The notes under the pieces were generated by a model, which was given only the letters and a program-made list of their open reading frames with translations, did no database searches and had not been told where the DNA came from. Source: Octopus vulgaris (taxonomy: Eukaryota). From it: a DNA stretch of 64,000 bases. A program made the translations under genes and the position numbers. The DNA lies in assembly GCA_951406725.2 (NCBI GenBank), contig OX597830.1, positions 124,001-188,000 on the forward strand, in the 5' to 3' direction. Of this stretch, positions 13,576 through 27,350 are shown in pieces (position 1 is the stretch's first letter; every line of letters begins with the position of its first letter).

Positions 13576-14616
13576 GTGGAAATGATCAACGAGAGCAAGG
13601 TGGATTTCCGCAATGTCAACACAGAGGAACTGGGCCTCCTACTTAAACTGACTTATGACAACGAATACCAAGATAAACATAATCTTAGTAGTTTCTGCCC
13701 CAGTAGACATTTAAGGGGTAGACCACCCACAATTATTTCTATAGTTAGGACGACCCATACAGAGAGATGGAGTGGATGGACCAGAGCCATACGGAGCCCC
13801 GCAAATGTCCATCAGGTAAAGAAAATGATCGCACATGCACTAGGAGCTAGTATAAGAGTTACCCTAAAAGGCCACACGTTTAAGTTTAACAATAAAATAT
13901 ATGCCCAGGACGAGGGGACAGCCATCGGTGTTAGTATCGCTGGGGATGTGGCCAACCTTTTCATGGTATGGTGGGATAGAAGGCTTAAAGAGCGCCTAAC
14001 ACAGAACTCCATACTCGTGAACATGTACTCTCGCTATGTTGATGATATCAACATAGTGGTAAAGGCACCCCCAAAAGAGAGTACTGTTAAAATAGAAATA
14101 GAAACTAATACTATGGAGAGCATCCAGCAAATAGCTAACTCCATCCACCAAAGTATTAAGGTCACAATAGACTACCCCACTAAATACCCCAACCATAGAC
14201 TACCAGTACTAGACACAGAACTCTGGCTAGAAACTGTAAATAATAAAACCCAAATCCTTCATTCGTACTATGCCAAACCTATGGCCTCCAAATACTTGAT
14301 CCACCGGAACTCAGCCATTGCGGACAATGCCAAATTCAATATTTTGATGGCAGACCTCGTCAGAATAATGAGAAATGTGTCACGCATGTGCGAGCCTACA
14401 GAGTTAAAGAAACACATACAATATTTCATTAACCGCATGCAGTTCTCAGGTTACAGCCATAAAGAAAGGATCAGAGTATACAAAGGAGCCATGAAGAAAT
14501 TTGATAATATATTATGTAATGATAGGAATGGGATTTGCCCACACTATAGGAGCAAGTCATGGAACACTATAGAAAGGACAAAAAAAGAAAATAGGGAAGG
14601 CCAACTCTTGGTATAA
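13576..14616 (+). pseudogene. Penelope-type reverse transcriptase ORF fragment
   Basis: [33 protein letters not shown] and YAKPM motifs. Confidence 0.88.
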
Positions 14617-15374
14617 TAACCATAAATACCAGAGTGTCATGTTCGTTGACACCACCCCTAGAGGTGAACTGGCGTACCGCTTTAGAAGGACCATAGACAA
14701 ACTTAAGCTAAGGATTAAGGTTGTTGAAAAGCCAGGCAATCCTATCAAATCCATAATCCTATCAAATCCATAATCGGTAGAACCTACCCTTTTAGTAGAA
14801 ACCCCTGTACGGATAGGAACTGTACTGTGTGTAGATTTAGCGCACAAACAAACTGTAAAGCCAGAAATGTAGTCTATAGTATAAGATGTATAGAGGGATG
14901 ATGCAGTAACAAGACAACGACATACGTAGGGGAAACGGCACGAAGCATAGGAGAGCGGGTAAATGACATTGGAGAGAACTTAAGGAAGGAAAGAGCTCAT
15001 CGATTCTGTACCAACACGCCGAGCAGGAACACAGGGGATCAATCAACAACATAGAAGTTAAAATCTTGTCCACACATAGAACAGATGCAACAATCAGACA
15101 AATTACGGAAGCTACACACATAATAGAAGATAAACCTAGCCTGAATAGGAAACTGAAATGGAACACTAGCACACACCACAACATATGACAGAAGAGGATC
15201 CCCATAAACTGGTTACAATATAAACAAAACCGAAAACATGATAAATAAAATACACAGATAAATAAACAAATAGAAATAAATAACTATATAGGTTTAAAAA
15301 ATTTTTTTTATTAAAGATTTTAAAAAAATGTTTTATTATTATTATTGCTATTACTAGTATTGTTGTTATACATA

Positions 15375-15741
15375 CACTAGCAGTATTGCTCGGCGTTGCT
15401 TGGGTTTGTTTCAGAATTGGAACTTTTGAAAAGTAAAAATATTGCATCATGTAGCTTGTTATTCTCTTTAAGTGAACATTTTTCTGGTTGAAATACACCG
15501 AAAAACGGCAACACAGCAGTCAAAAAATCGTAAAAGATAGGGATTTTCATAGAAAAAAAGCACCTTTTTGATGTAAATAATTTTTGGTGTTAACATGGTC
15601 CGATTTGAATTTTTTCTTCTATGGAATGAAGAGCAAGCCTTCTTCTAGCATACTCTCAGCTTTGGTCAACTTGCGCTGCAGGGTCTCAGAGGAGATAGTG
15701 TTAGTTGAAGGCTACCAAGCCTGCCATACACAGACAGCTTC

Positions 15742-15750
<9 letters not shown>
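15375..15750 (+). mobile_element. Non-autonomous Helitron-like (Lep1/HINE-style) repeat ending in (TA)n
   Basis: Starts actagcagtattgctcggcgttgcttggg and ends cacagacagcttctgttttata(TA)n. The same start occurs at 34901. Classification is by resemblance only. Confidence 0.5.
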
Positions 15751-15826
<76 letters not shown>

Positions 15827-15839
15827 TACATATACATAT

Positions 15840-16035
15840 TCTTTTATTCTTTTATGTTTCAATCATTTGACTGCGGCCATGCAGTCAACACCAGGACTTA
15901 TTCTTTGTTAGCCTAGTACTTATTCTATTGGTCTCTTTTTTGCCGAACCACTAAGTTACAGGGATGTAAACACACCAGCATCGGTTGTCAAGCAATGTTG
16001 GCAGTGACAAACACAGGCACACACACACAAACACG
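15840..16035 (-). mobile_element. SINE 3' half
   Basis: Reverse complement of the 3125-3296 tail (tttcaatcatttgactgcggccatgc...). Confidence 0.8.
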
Positions 16036-16371
16036 TATATATATATATTTTATTTTTCTAATTTATATATATAGATACATACATACAAGCATACGTAATA
16101 ATAATAATAATGATAATAATAATAATAAGTGGATGTCAACATGAACAAAATAAAAAATAAATAAATAAAAACTAAGAATAAACAAAAACAAATTACACGA
16201 ACGTATATAAACAGAAGATACAAATATTACAGGCATTCCCCCACATACACACTAACTAATCATAGACGCACATAGAGATATACGCATGCGCAAATGAAGA
16301 CACATACAATAGAAATACAAAATGGCTGACGGTTAGTAAGGAGAGACACAAATAAGAAAGAAGAAAGCAAA

Positions 16372-16416
16372 GGACCACTGATGCGGTCACAGGAGTGTGA
16401 CGAAAGAACTCTGGCC
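16372..16416 (+). ncRNA. Mutated type I hammerhead ribozyme in the PLE 3' terminal region
   Basis: cca-CTGATGC-g gtcac aggagt gtgac-GAAAG-aa-CTC-tgg. A9 is mutated and stem II is one base out of register. Confidence 0.6.
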
Positions 16417-17058
16417 GAAATAAGATTAAGTTTAATATAAAAAATAACACTGAAGCAAAGTAACACCAAATATATAGTGCGTGTGTTTTTATTGGCTAAA
16501 CTGGCAAAAATGACCATTCCGAAATACAACAATGTCTGTTTCAACACACGACTTCACATAAAAAATCTTGCACAACAAATATATAAACGTAATTCAGATA
16601 AAGTTCTTCGGTTAAGAATTAAGCTAAATAGACTATTACTAAATAAAAAGTATTCGATTACATTTTTTTGGGCAGAAGAAGAAGAGCAACAGTGGTGACT
16701 TGTTTTTTCTACCCAACACTGCTTGACTCTACGATCGACTGGATAAACATTGTAAAATATAGAAAAGAACAATTGAGAAAGGTAATTATAAATTTTTCTA
16801 TTTTGAAAGGAAAATATTACAGAGAAGGAAGACGACTGGTTGAAGAAAGACAGGATATAGATAGTTGAAAGACTAGGAGTGGAAATGGAATCCGGAGAGA
16901 AAGAGAGAGAGAGAGGAGAGACGACTGCTCTAGGGAGAAGCAAATATATGTTGTAGAGGGGGAATTCTGTTGCAGAGAGAGAGAGCGAGAGAGAGGCAGA
17001 CCTCTTATTGAGAAGTGGTCTGATGACGAAGTGAGGAGTGTGTGTGTGTGTGTGTGTA

Positions 17059-17103
<45 letters not shown>

Positions 17104-19616
17104 GGGAGAGAGAGAGCGGTTTATTGTAGAGGAAAAAGTTTGATTTAGAAGAGGAAGAGGTTTGTTATAAGAAGTGTAGACTAATGAGCTGAAGAATTAG
17201 AGAGCGGGCGGTTAAAAGCCTGAATTCTTTTGAGGTTATTGGTGGAGAAAGTAGCGTTTGATTGAGGTAGAGAATATGTTTTCTAAGATAAAATTCCTGG
17301 AAGGAGCCTCTATTTAATCACTTGGCCTGCTGAAAGTAGCAGGATATCAGTGAACCTATTCTGTATTTGTCTTTATTTGGAGAAAGGTCCTTGTACTATT
17401 TGTACTGTCTTCGTTGGCGGTTGAATTTTCAAATCTTTGTTGTAAACCATCCAGTTAGAGTCTCCTTGTATTGCAATGTCCTTACCATGATTTGTTCTTA
17501 CGTATGGAGTGGAAATTTATAGTGGCCCAAGAAAAATATTTACATGGTGGAGAGTGAACTCTTGCACATTACTAATCGGCCAAGGCCATATAAGTGGAGT
17601 TCACTAAGGGATGTAGTGACTCAGTTCTTCAGAAAAAAAAATACTGTAAAATACGGCCCTCGTAAACGTACGGTTGGACCATTGAAAAACTGAGTGTTAT
17701 ATTAGCAGAGATACACAAGCTCGTGACCGAAATCCAGAAAACTGATGCCTTATCCCTTCAGTGATAAATTAGCTCTTAGCAAAGACTCACAAGTGAAAGG
17801 AAAGACCTCTCTGATATTTTAGTTATTCCAGTCTTCTGCACTATACAATCCTACGATACAACTACAACATTCCCGCCATCGATTTCTGATAAATTTTCTC
17901 CGAACTGGTAATTATATTTTAACAAACTAATTAATGTAATTATTTAGCAGAGCTTACGCATATATTTCTCCATCCCTACCTATTCAATAAATAGTCTTTG
18001 TAACAATGTAATTATCCTCCATCAAGAAAAATGTATTGATTTAGCATAACGCCAAAAATTTATAAGCGTGTAAGAAAATTGGATTATATATTCTTAATTA
18101 TTTTTTTAGTGAAATTAACTTTAATCAGAATTCGAAACCCGCTTGCGACAGACTATCTTTGGTTAGTGAACGCTGTATCTCTCCACTAAAACATCCACAA
18201 AAATTAAATACTTCACCAAAGTGCAAATGAGGGAAGCTTCTACATAGTTGCTTAGCCAGCTAAAAATATCGGCCGATCTCTCAAATCTCAACTTACCATC
18301 TTCAAAAGGAAACTCACACTTTAGAATGTCTGATCATAAATCTAGCCAACACAACAAAAGTAGTTATATGCTAAGCAGCTGCAAGAAATGATAGAAAGAT
18401 TTTCCTCTAAATTCACGCCCTACTGTTTTCGAAAAACAAGGCACTTTGAATAATGTACTCCAATGAACAGTATGTTAAAGATTATATAACATAAATTTTT
18501 CGCTGGTAGGTACGAGATCCTCTTGCATAGTTGACTGAGAAAAACCAGTATATTGTTAAATACTTTTTACCTCTGAACCAGTTAATGTCATTCGATAAGA
18601 ATAAATATTAGCCCCTTTAAAAGAACCACCACTTGGCAGTGGGCAGGGGACTAATTTTCATATATTTAGTTTTACTCTAGAATATTCGGTCCCCTTATAT
18701 TGCATCTGTTTAAAATGATTTTCTTTTTCAATCTATTACAAGTATGATGTGTGCCAGGATTAAAAAGTGTTTGAAAACGCTCCTTCTTGTACTACAATGC
18801 TTGTAACACAAATGCAATAATATATAATAGACTTGTGAACATAGCGCAAAAGTGAAGAGTTTAAAATCAAAGGAATAAGACATTAGCGGGCAAAACCTAT
18901 GTAAGGTTTTGTATGTGTGCGTATGTGTGTATACGTAACTGTCAATGTGTTTAAATGCATGTTAGTGAGTCTATGAAAATCTTCGTTGTATGCAAACCTG
19001 CATCTACGAAAGAGTACGTGTGACTAGGTGTGTCTCCGTATAGGTGGATGTTGATATACGTGTGTATGTGCCTCCTTGTGCCGCGTGTTTGTGGTTGCAT
19101 ACTTATTCATTGAAGTGTAAGTGGATTTATCAATATTTCTGGATGTGCATGTGCTTATATCTTTAGAACAGGTATGTATGTATGAATGAAAACTTGTCAT
19201 ATATATTTTTGTGCTTGAAAAATATATATAGACGCGCGTATAGCTCAATGTGCGTATTACTTGTGAGTGGATGTTTAAACAGTGTGCATATACAGACGTC
19301 TTCAAATTTATTCATATTTCATAGTAACTAAAATAGGTTTTTAGATTCTTCATTTGTAAAAGTTTGTAAAAGTTTGTAAAATGTTGGTACTTCATGTGTA
19401 TCTTTTGTCTTCTTGTTGTTATGCACAAATCCACATATGAGTTGGCTAAACTTCATTTGCATAATAGACTTGGCCTAAAGTTCTTTTTGATATATGTTGA
19501 GATTTATTCATACCCCTGTTCCCAGTTCCTGTGAATATGTTAATCTTTTCCTATAGTTATTTCTAGAAGTATAAATAGAGGAAAAATATTCTGGGCATTC
19601 TCAGTTTCTGATCATC

Positions 19617-20300
19617 ATGGCCAAGAAGAAGGAGCTCAGTGAGGACCTACGTCAACGTCTTGTGCGTGCCCGCAGTGAAGGAAAGGGTTACAAGGCCATT
19701 TCAAAGCAGTATGATGTCCATGTGGCAACCGTCCACAGCATAACCAACAAGCACAAGAGGTTCAATACTGTTAAAAAAAACTCAGTGGGCGTGGTAGGAA
19801 GCGTAATGTGTCTCCCAAACCTGCCAGAAAAATCTGCTGAGAAGTCAACAACAATCTTCGGACCGCAACTAAGGCTATAATTGAAACTCTTGACTAAGGT
19901 CCAAGGAATAATGAGAAAGGAGGATTACATCAGGATCCTTGATGAAAACGTGAAGGAATCCGCCGAGAAACTCCATCTCGGCTAGAACTGGAAGTACCAG
20001 CAGGAAAATGATCCGAAACATATCGCCAAGGTAGTGAAGAAATGTTTCAAGGACAATGATGTCAATGTCCTAGAATGGCCAAGTCAGAGTGCTGATCTGG
20101 ATCCGATCGAGAACTTGTGGCAAAACTTGAAGACCAGAGTGATGGCTAGGAAACCGACCAACCTAAACCAACTCGAAGCTTTCGCCAAGGAAGTGTGGGC
20201 CAACATCCCACAGGAGACTTTCAGGAAGAGCTTGTGGACACGTACAAGAATGATCTAGAAGCTGTTATAAAATGACAAAGGCTATATTATTGACTATTAA
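19617..20300 (+). mobile_element. Tc1 transposase remnant, internally deleted
   Basis: MAKKKELSEDLRQRLV..GYKAISKQ (HTH), then QQENDPKH and WPSQSADLDPIENLW. Confidence 0.88.
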
Positions 20301-20314
20301 AGAAAGATATTGGA

Positions 20315-20390
<76 letters not shown>

Positions 20391-20966
20391 TATATGAAAG
20401 TCACTGAAGAATTACTCTATACAGTTTGTAAGTATAAAGGGGATATTTAAAAAAAAAATTGTTAAAAACGTTGTAAAAGCTTTTACCAGGATTTTATTAA
20501 CCTTTTCTGGAAGAAGTTTCTGTCTTAGTGTATGAGCACTTTCGATTAACCTTTTCATACACACGTATATACACACATACATAGAAATATACATGTTTAC
20601 ATACACACAAAGATTTAATTGGAGATACCAATAATAACAGTAGAAATACTTCCTATACAGATTGCTAGCTGAAAACTATTTCTATCAAACACAAATCAGG
20701 ACTTATCTGAAATAACCAGTCTAATTTGCATAACTGTGCCATTCATTGGCGATGTGGTTAACAAATTAAATAATTGTATACTACAATGTTTACACACACA
20801 CACAATCACATGCACATAAGCACACAGCACACACACAGACATACACAGACGTACAAATACAGACACACACACATAAGCAGTTATTCGTGTGTATCTGCCG
20901 GTATGTATGTATATAGGTATGCATAAATGTGTGTTATGCATATATGTATATATGTATGTATGTATG

Positions 20967-21005
<39 letters not shown>

Positions 21006-21021
21006 TGTTTGTGTATATATA

Positions 21022-22703
21022 TAACTTAACTTAGAATAACTTAGAAAGGTTTGGGTCAGTATTGGCCCAGGCCATGTCTAACTTAATAGCACCACCTGGA
21101 GAAGTCTTTTAATTCAGTATTTGGGCACCAAGGCCCATTCGAGCAGAGAGTTATTGTTTGCGGCGACATATCCGGTGGTTTGTCCGGGACTGTTTGAAGG
21201 AATTTGTCCAAAGGCTTCTTGAATTTTGTGTGATCAGTTTCTGTTTTGACGTGTCCTGGCGTAATGTTGAAGAGAGCGGGTCCAATTGAGGTGAAATAAT
21301 TGTGCCGTATTGTTGTTATGATATGCGATTTAGATTTTTGTTGTGGACGGATGGCACGGGGTCCAAGTCTTGGATGTATTTTGAAGGTGATACCAACATC
21401 ATTCGGACAGTGCTGATGGAATATTGGACAGCTTTCTCAAAAGGATCTTATGATCAACCCTGTCAAAGGCCTTGCTGAAATCAAGGTAGATGACATCAGT
21501 GTTGGAACCCTCTCCCAAGTCTCTCAAAATGTCATCAAAATGATGCAGTAGCTGCGTCAGACATTCCCTTCCATTACGGAATCCATGCTGGTTGGAGTTC
21601 AGCATATTATGACTCTCAAGGAAGTGAGTCATACGCGATCTCAGCACTCTCTCAAATACCTTAATGATATGAGAGGTGAGTGAGATTGGACGGTAATTCA
21701 CGGCAAGCGATTTGTTTCCTTTTTTGAAAACTGGGACAACAGACTGGGATAGAAGGTCTTCTGGTATATATCCAGCATCCAGTGAGTTCCACCACAGATT
21801 AGCTAGAGGGGGTGCAAGTTGGTGTTGACACATCTTCAAGATACAAGCAGGGAACCTATCGGGACCTACTGCTGAATTATGCTTCATTTCCTTTATTGCT
21901 GCTAAAGACATCAGGAGCGCCAAAGGTTATGTCCGATAAAGTGTATTGGGGAGTAACATCACTGACACAGCCCAGCTCAGCCATATCAGGATTGCTGAAA
22001 ACAGAGCAGTATTATTTCTGCAACATCTCTCCCATGGTTTTGGCATTGTCTTGAGGAGTACCATTTTCATCAATCAGAGGGCCAACAGTAGAGCCATTAA
22101 CTTTGTGTTTTTTTGCAAATGAGAAGAACACTTTGGGATTGAGTTTGATCTTCTGAATGGCCCAGGCCTTGAAGAGGCTCTTCTCTGACTATTGATGATA
22201 AACATCATGTTGTTTTGGAGGTTATGTTTTTTAATCTCTAGCGACGTGATGGCAGTCTGGTTGGTGTGTTGCTGTTGACAGTATTTCAGCTTGTTGATTT
22301 TTTTGTTAATTCTTTTAATTTTCCTGATGACAGGTTTTCTATTTCTAGGGATTCTGCACTTAGATTTGTTTGCAGATCTTAATGGGGTGTGTTTTGCACA
22401 TATGTTCGTAATGGTGTCTACAAATGACTGCCAGGACTTTTTGATGTCTTTGATGTTAGTGGGTGTATATGTGTGCGTGAAGGACCAATTGACTTGTGCA
22501 AGATCATTACTGATCGCTTCCCAGTTTGCATTGTGGAAATCCATAGTGTCAAATGGATGAACAGGAGGGATGACATTTGTTTCGCATTTTGGCCGGTGAA
22601 ATCTCAGATCACAGAGAACCATGTCATGATCAGAGAGCAGAGTTTTCTCCACTGCAATATTGTGGATAGTATCAGTGTGATTGCTGTAAATTAAGTCTAG
22701 GAC

Positions 22704-22705
<2 letters not shown>
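21022..22705 (-). mobile_element. CR1-group LINE fragment (end of APE, N-half of RT, deletion, 3' end)
   Basis: LDLIYSN..SDHDMV, GPDRFP, NYRPISLTSHIIKVFER, QHGFR and YLDFSKAFDRVDH motifs. The sequence jumps to the C-terminal region near 21420. Confidence 0.85.
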
Positions 22706-22791
<86 letters not shown>

Positions 22792-22794
22792 ATA

Positions 22795-22847
<53 letters not shown>

Positions 22848-22858
22848 CTGTTTTGTGC

Positions 22859-22935
<77 letters not shown>

Positions 22936-23061
22936 TATGTATATATATATATATAATCTGTCTTGTGCATATATATGTATATATATATATATAATCTGTT
23001 TTGTATATATATACATATATATACATATATGTATATATATATATAATCTGTTTTGTGTATA

Positions 23062-23099
<38 letters not shown>

Positions 23100-23143
23100 T
23101 GTGTGCATATATACATATATATATATAATCTGTTTTGTGCATA

Positions 23144-23185
<42 letters not shown>

Positions 23186-23199
23186 CTGTTTTGTGTATA

Positions 23200-23261
<62 letters not shown>

Positions 23262-23309
23262 TGTGTGCATATACACATATATATATATATATAATCTGTT
23301 TTGTGCATA

Positions 23310-23347
<38 letters not shown>

Positions 23348-23500
23348 CTGTTTTGTGTATATATATATATATATAATCTGTTTTGTGTATATATATGTAT
23401 ATATATGCGTGTGTGCATATATATATATATAAATATATATGCATGTGTATATACACATATATTTATATATATATATATGTGCATATATATATACATATAA

Positions 23501-23572
<72 letters not shown>
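22706..23572. repeat. Compound minisatellite: aatctgttttgtg units separated by variable (TA)n
   Basis: About nine aatctg(t/c)tttg units embedded in TA runs. Confidence 0.9.
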
Positions 23573-24241
23573 ATAATAATAAAGGGTAAAATTAATTAAT
23601 TAAGAAGTAATCAATAATTTCACCAAGTAGAATTCAGCATGAAAAAAGGACCATTTCATGGTAAACTTAAGTAATACTTAATAATTAGGGTTCAGCAAAG
23701 ATTTGCCTTACCACATCCCGAAGTTTAGAAATAGCAGCCAAAAAACGTTAGCTATTTCTTCTACTTATTGATAATATAATTTTCTCCCTGATAACAAACT
23801 ACAGATTTTTTTCTGTTGTAGTTTACTTGTAGACACACGAGGACGGGCAGGGGAGGGTAATTGAACCTCATTCATGTTTTGAATTCGGCAGTACTAACAC
23901 TGAATATTATCTGTCTGATACCGTTAGGTGGAGAGATATGTTCAATTATTCCAGTACCTTCGAATTTAATATTTCAATATTTAATTATTGATGGGTCCTA
24001 TGCTGAAGAGGAAATCGGTTGGTAAAGTATAATTCTATATTCTTTATTCAAACCTAATTCCGAAACGCGCGTCCATAGGTGACCAGATATTGATTGATTT
24101 TCGTTACTTCTTCCTCTCTGCCTGTGTGGATTGTTTTCAAGTATTTTGGTTTTTTCTGGGAGTCTCTTTTTAAAGTAGAAGAAATAGCTAACGTTTTTGG
24201 CTGCTATTTCTAAACTTCTTTGCTGAACCCTAATTATTAAG
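23573..24241 (+). mobile_element. Non-coding HHR-containing retroelement (retrozyme-like family A, copy 1) with 5' inverted segment
   Basis: The part of 23573-23765 from about 23678 is inverted-repeated at 24173-24241. Homologous along its length to 49272-50054. Confidence 0.8.
23997..24079 (+). ncRNA. Type I hammerhead ribozyme with intact core and long stem II
   Basis: cctatg-CTGAAGA-ggaa...ttcc-GAAAC-gcgc-GTC-catagg. Perfect 6-bp stem I; predicted cleavage after 24073. Confidence 0.9.
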
Positions 24242-24343
24242 CATATATATACATATATATGCACAAAACAGATTATATATACATATGTATATACACAAAC
24301 AAGATTATATATATACATACATATATATATGCACAAACCAGAT

Positions 24344-24643
<300 letters not shown>

Positions 24644-25834
24644 ATATATATATAATCTGGTTTGTGCATACATATATATCAATTTATGTTTCATTGTCTC
24701 TTCAAAAATAGTTATCTAATTAAGCATAATCTTTTGGTTGAAGAATAATTAAATAATGTTTTGGTTTGGTTTGGTTTGTTGTGTTGTGTTTGTTATTGTT
24801 GATATTAGCCTTGGTGATGGTAGTAGTGATAATGTTAGGAACTGTGACTCAAGATGGCATTTTAAAATTCTATTTGCAAAATAACGGCGTTAAGAGAAAA
24901 TGAGGCGGTAGAAATAATAAACTGTATTGATGCAATACATTTTTAAATAAGCATCTCTGCCGTAAATAGCAAGTTTAAATTCACTGAACGTGCTTCCCTG
25001 TGTAGCTTAACTTTTGGAAGGACATCTGAAAATACCAGCAGTGATCTGCATTGAAAATTCTGGCTTTTGAAGAGAAGAAACTTCATCTGCGATAAGCTAC
25101 TTTTCCAGTCAGCATATAACATACAACGACGTCTATAAGATTAAGATGTATGTATTTAACAAACAACTACGTCTATATCAATATCATTTCATAATAATTT
25201 GTAGTAAAAAACAAGAATATTTTTATCAAATATGAATATTATTTATTAATCTTATAACTCAATATATTATAATTAAAGAAGGCAAAAGAACTTCAAGAAA
25301 ATGTGCATGTGTCAAACGTTTAATACACACAGGGTCTCCACCCCCCAACCATACACACACTACAAAGAAATCCAGTTCCAATTTAATTATAGAAGTGTAG
25401 ATATGAGACACAAGTTGTAGACGTTAATTTTAAGGTATAATTAATTTCTGTCAGAGCTATCAGCGGTGGTTCTCTATTCAGGCAATTAGTGTTCATAACT
25501 GTACAGTTTTTAGAATATGCGTTAGTGGATGCATACTCAAACATATAAAAATATTGACGCATCTAAGCAACGCTAATCATCTATTGATGGCTTGATGGAG
25601 ACATACACACCCAAACACACATTCCTAATATAATCCTTACACGATCAAAACACCCACCAAACACATACACACAAAGTCAAAAATACCTCCAATTGTTTTA
25701 GAAATCATATATGCCCTCAACACCTTTTAATGGCATTTTTAATTAATCATAACTAAAGAAGACGGGTACTTTTTAGAGGTTTTAATGAGTGCACACACAC
25801 TACGCGTGGAGTCGACAAAACATGAGTCTGTGTC

Positions 25835-26105
25835 TCTTTTACGTGTTTCGTCATTAGACTACGGCCATGCTGGGGCACCACCTTGGGGAATTTTAGTCGA
25901 ACAAATCGACTAGTGTATAATTATTTTAAAGCCTCGTATTTATTTTATTTGTCCCATAAACACAACGGTACCTGTTGTCAAGCGGTAGGATGGCAAACAC
26001 AGACATAAAGACACACCTAATTATACTTATATACATGACGGGCTCAAAGGTATGGGATGGAACCCGGAACCATGTAGCTGAGAATCAAACTTCTTACCAT
26101 ACAGC
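25835..26105 (-). mobile_element. Degenerate SINE copy
   Basis: gactacggccatgctggggcacc tail at the left and ggaacccggaaccatg..cttcttaccatacagc head at the right. Confidence 0.75.
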
Positions 26106-26306
26106 TATTATATATATATATATGTATATATATATTGATAGAAATGGCAAGACAACAAAAGCGACCTCGATGTTATGTAAATAGAGGAATTTATCTGTAA
26201 ACATATGTGACAATTATTCGGTAGCCATGATACTCGGAGTTTTATCGGTAGCCATGAAACTCGGAGTTTTATCATGGCTACCGAATAATTTTTACATATT
26301 ATATTT

Positions 26307-26345
<39 letters not shown>

Positions 26346-27287
26346 CATTTTGGCTGGCGTGCTAACAAAACAAAACTTGAAAGCGACATTATACCAATTG
26401 TATAGAGATAGTGGACACACATGGAATCAAGGCAACAGAATGTGAAAAGAAATTACATTAGAAACTTCCTTAATTCACTGGGGATAAATTGTCATAAGAG
26501 TTATTAAACTCCTATGACAAAAATTTTAAAAATTGTCTTTTAGTTTTTAAAAAATCTTTCAAAGTTTTCGATATGTGTGATAAATTTGAATATGCGACCA
26601 TTTCATGTCGTCTACTAAGCTAAATCTTATTTTTGTATCCTTTCAATATGACCCTAACCACGAGAAGTTCTTGGAATTAAAAAGTGTATAAACACACGTG
26701 TATAGAATATATATATATGTTAGGTTTATCATAAAATTTCCACACACATTCCGTTTTCTTACAAGACATTCAGGAAACTGAAGATAATAATATCACTTGA
26801 TACTGCACAATGCATTGTGTCAAGCCGCCCTATAAACCACAACACTGCACGAGTATTTGAATATTTCCAATGAAACTTCGATGCATTTTTGACAAGCATC
26901 GTTCGTACATTTAAAACCACGTTTCTAATTTCTTCTGCATATATCATTATCTTCAACGAAACTCTCATTATTCAGAAACGGAAATTACGCCATCACCTCT
27001 GGAATTATTTATAGGGTTTAAACTTCCAGCTGGATATTAAGTCTCTGCATCATTATTAACGTAGGTGAAAACAATAAAGAATTGAAATCCGTTCTTTGTA
27101 CTGATTCCGGATACAGGCCGATGTTCGGAGCTTTCAGCATTGGAATGTCGACTTCCTAATTGTCAATTTACTGGAGGTCATGAAGTAGAATGGCAATACG
27201 TATCGGCAGAAGTCAGTCGAAAAATGCATTTTGTTTTGCAAGAATATCAAATGAAAATTCATGCTATACATACATACGTATATACAT

Positions 27288-27346
<59 letters not shown>

Positions 27347-27350
<4 letters not shown>

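Larger units (their letters stand above)
11550..16555 (+). mobile_element. Near full-length decayed Penelope-like element with direct terminal repeats (11550-11665 and 16440-16555), interrupted by later insertions
   Basis: The N-terminus starts inside the repeat (MTIPKFNN), RT lies at 13576-14616, and a frameshifted GIY-YIG lies at about 14860-15165 (VVYSIRC..YVGETARS). A HHR-like motif sits just before the 3' repeat. Confidence 0.85.

Noticed and set aside
16556-16850. Possible N-terminus of another PLE ORF abutting the terminal repeat
   Set aside because: Only vague basic-residue similarity and no diagnostic motif.
22840-23400. Repeat-spacer pattern resembling a CRISPR array
   Set aside because: Spacers are (TA)n of variable length, the context is eukaryotic, and there are no cas genes.
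22672-23589. Long YIYI-type ORFs here and at most (TA)n tracts
   Set aside because: Stop-free translation of microsatellite. Only the 22074-22705 part of the 460-aa ORF is real LINE sequence.
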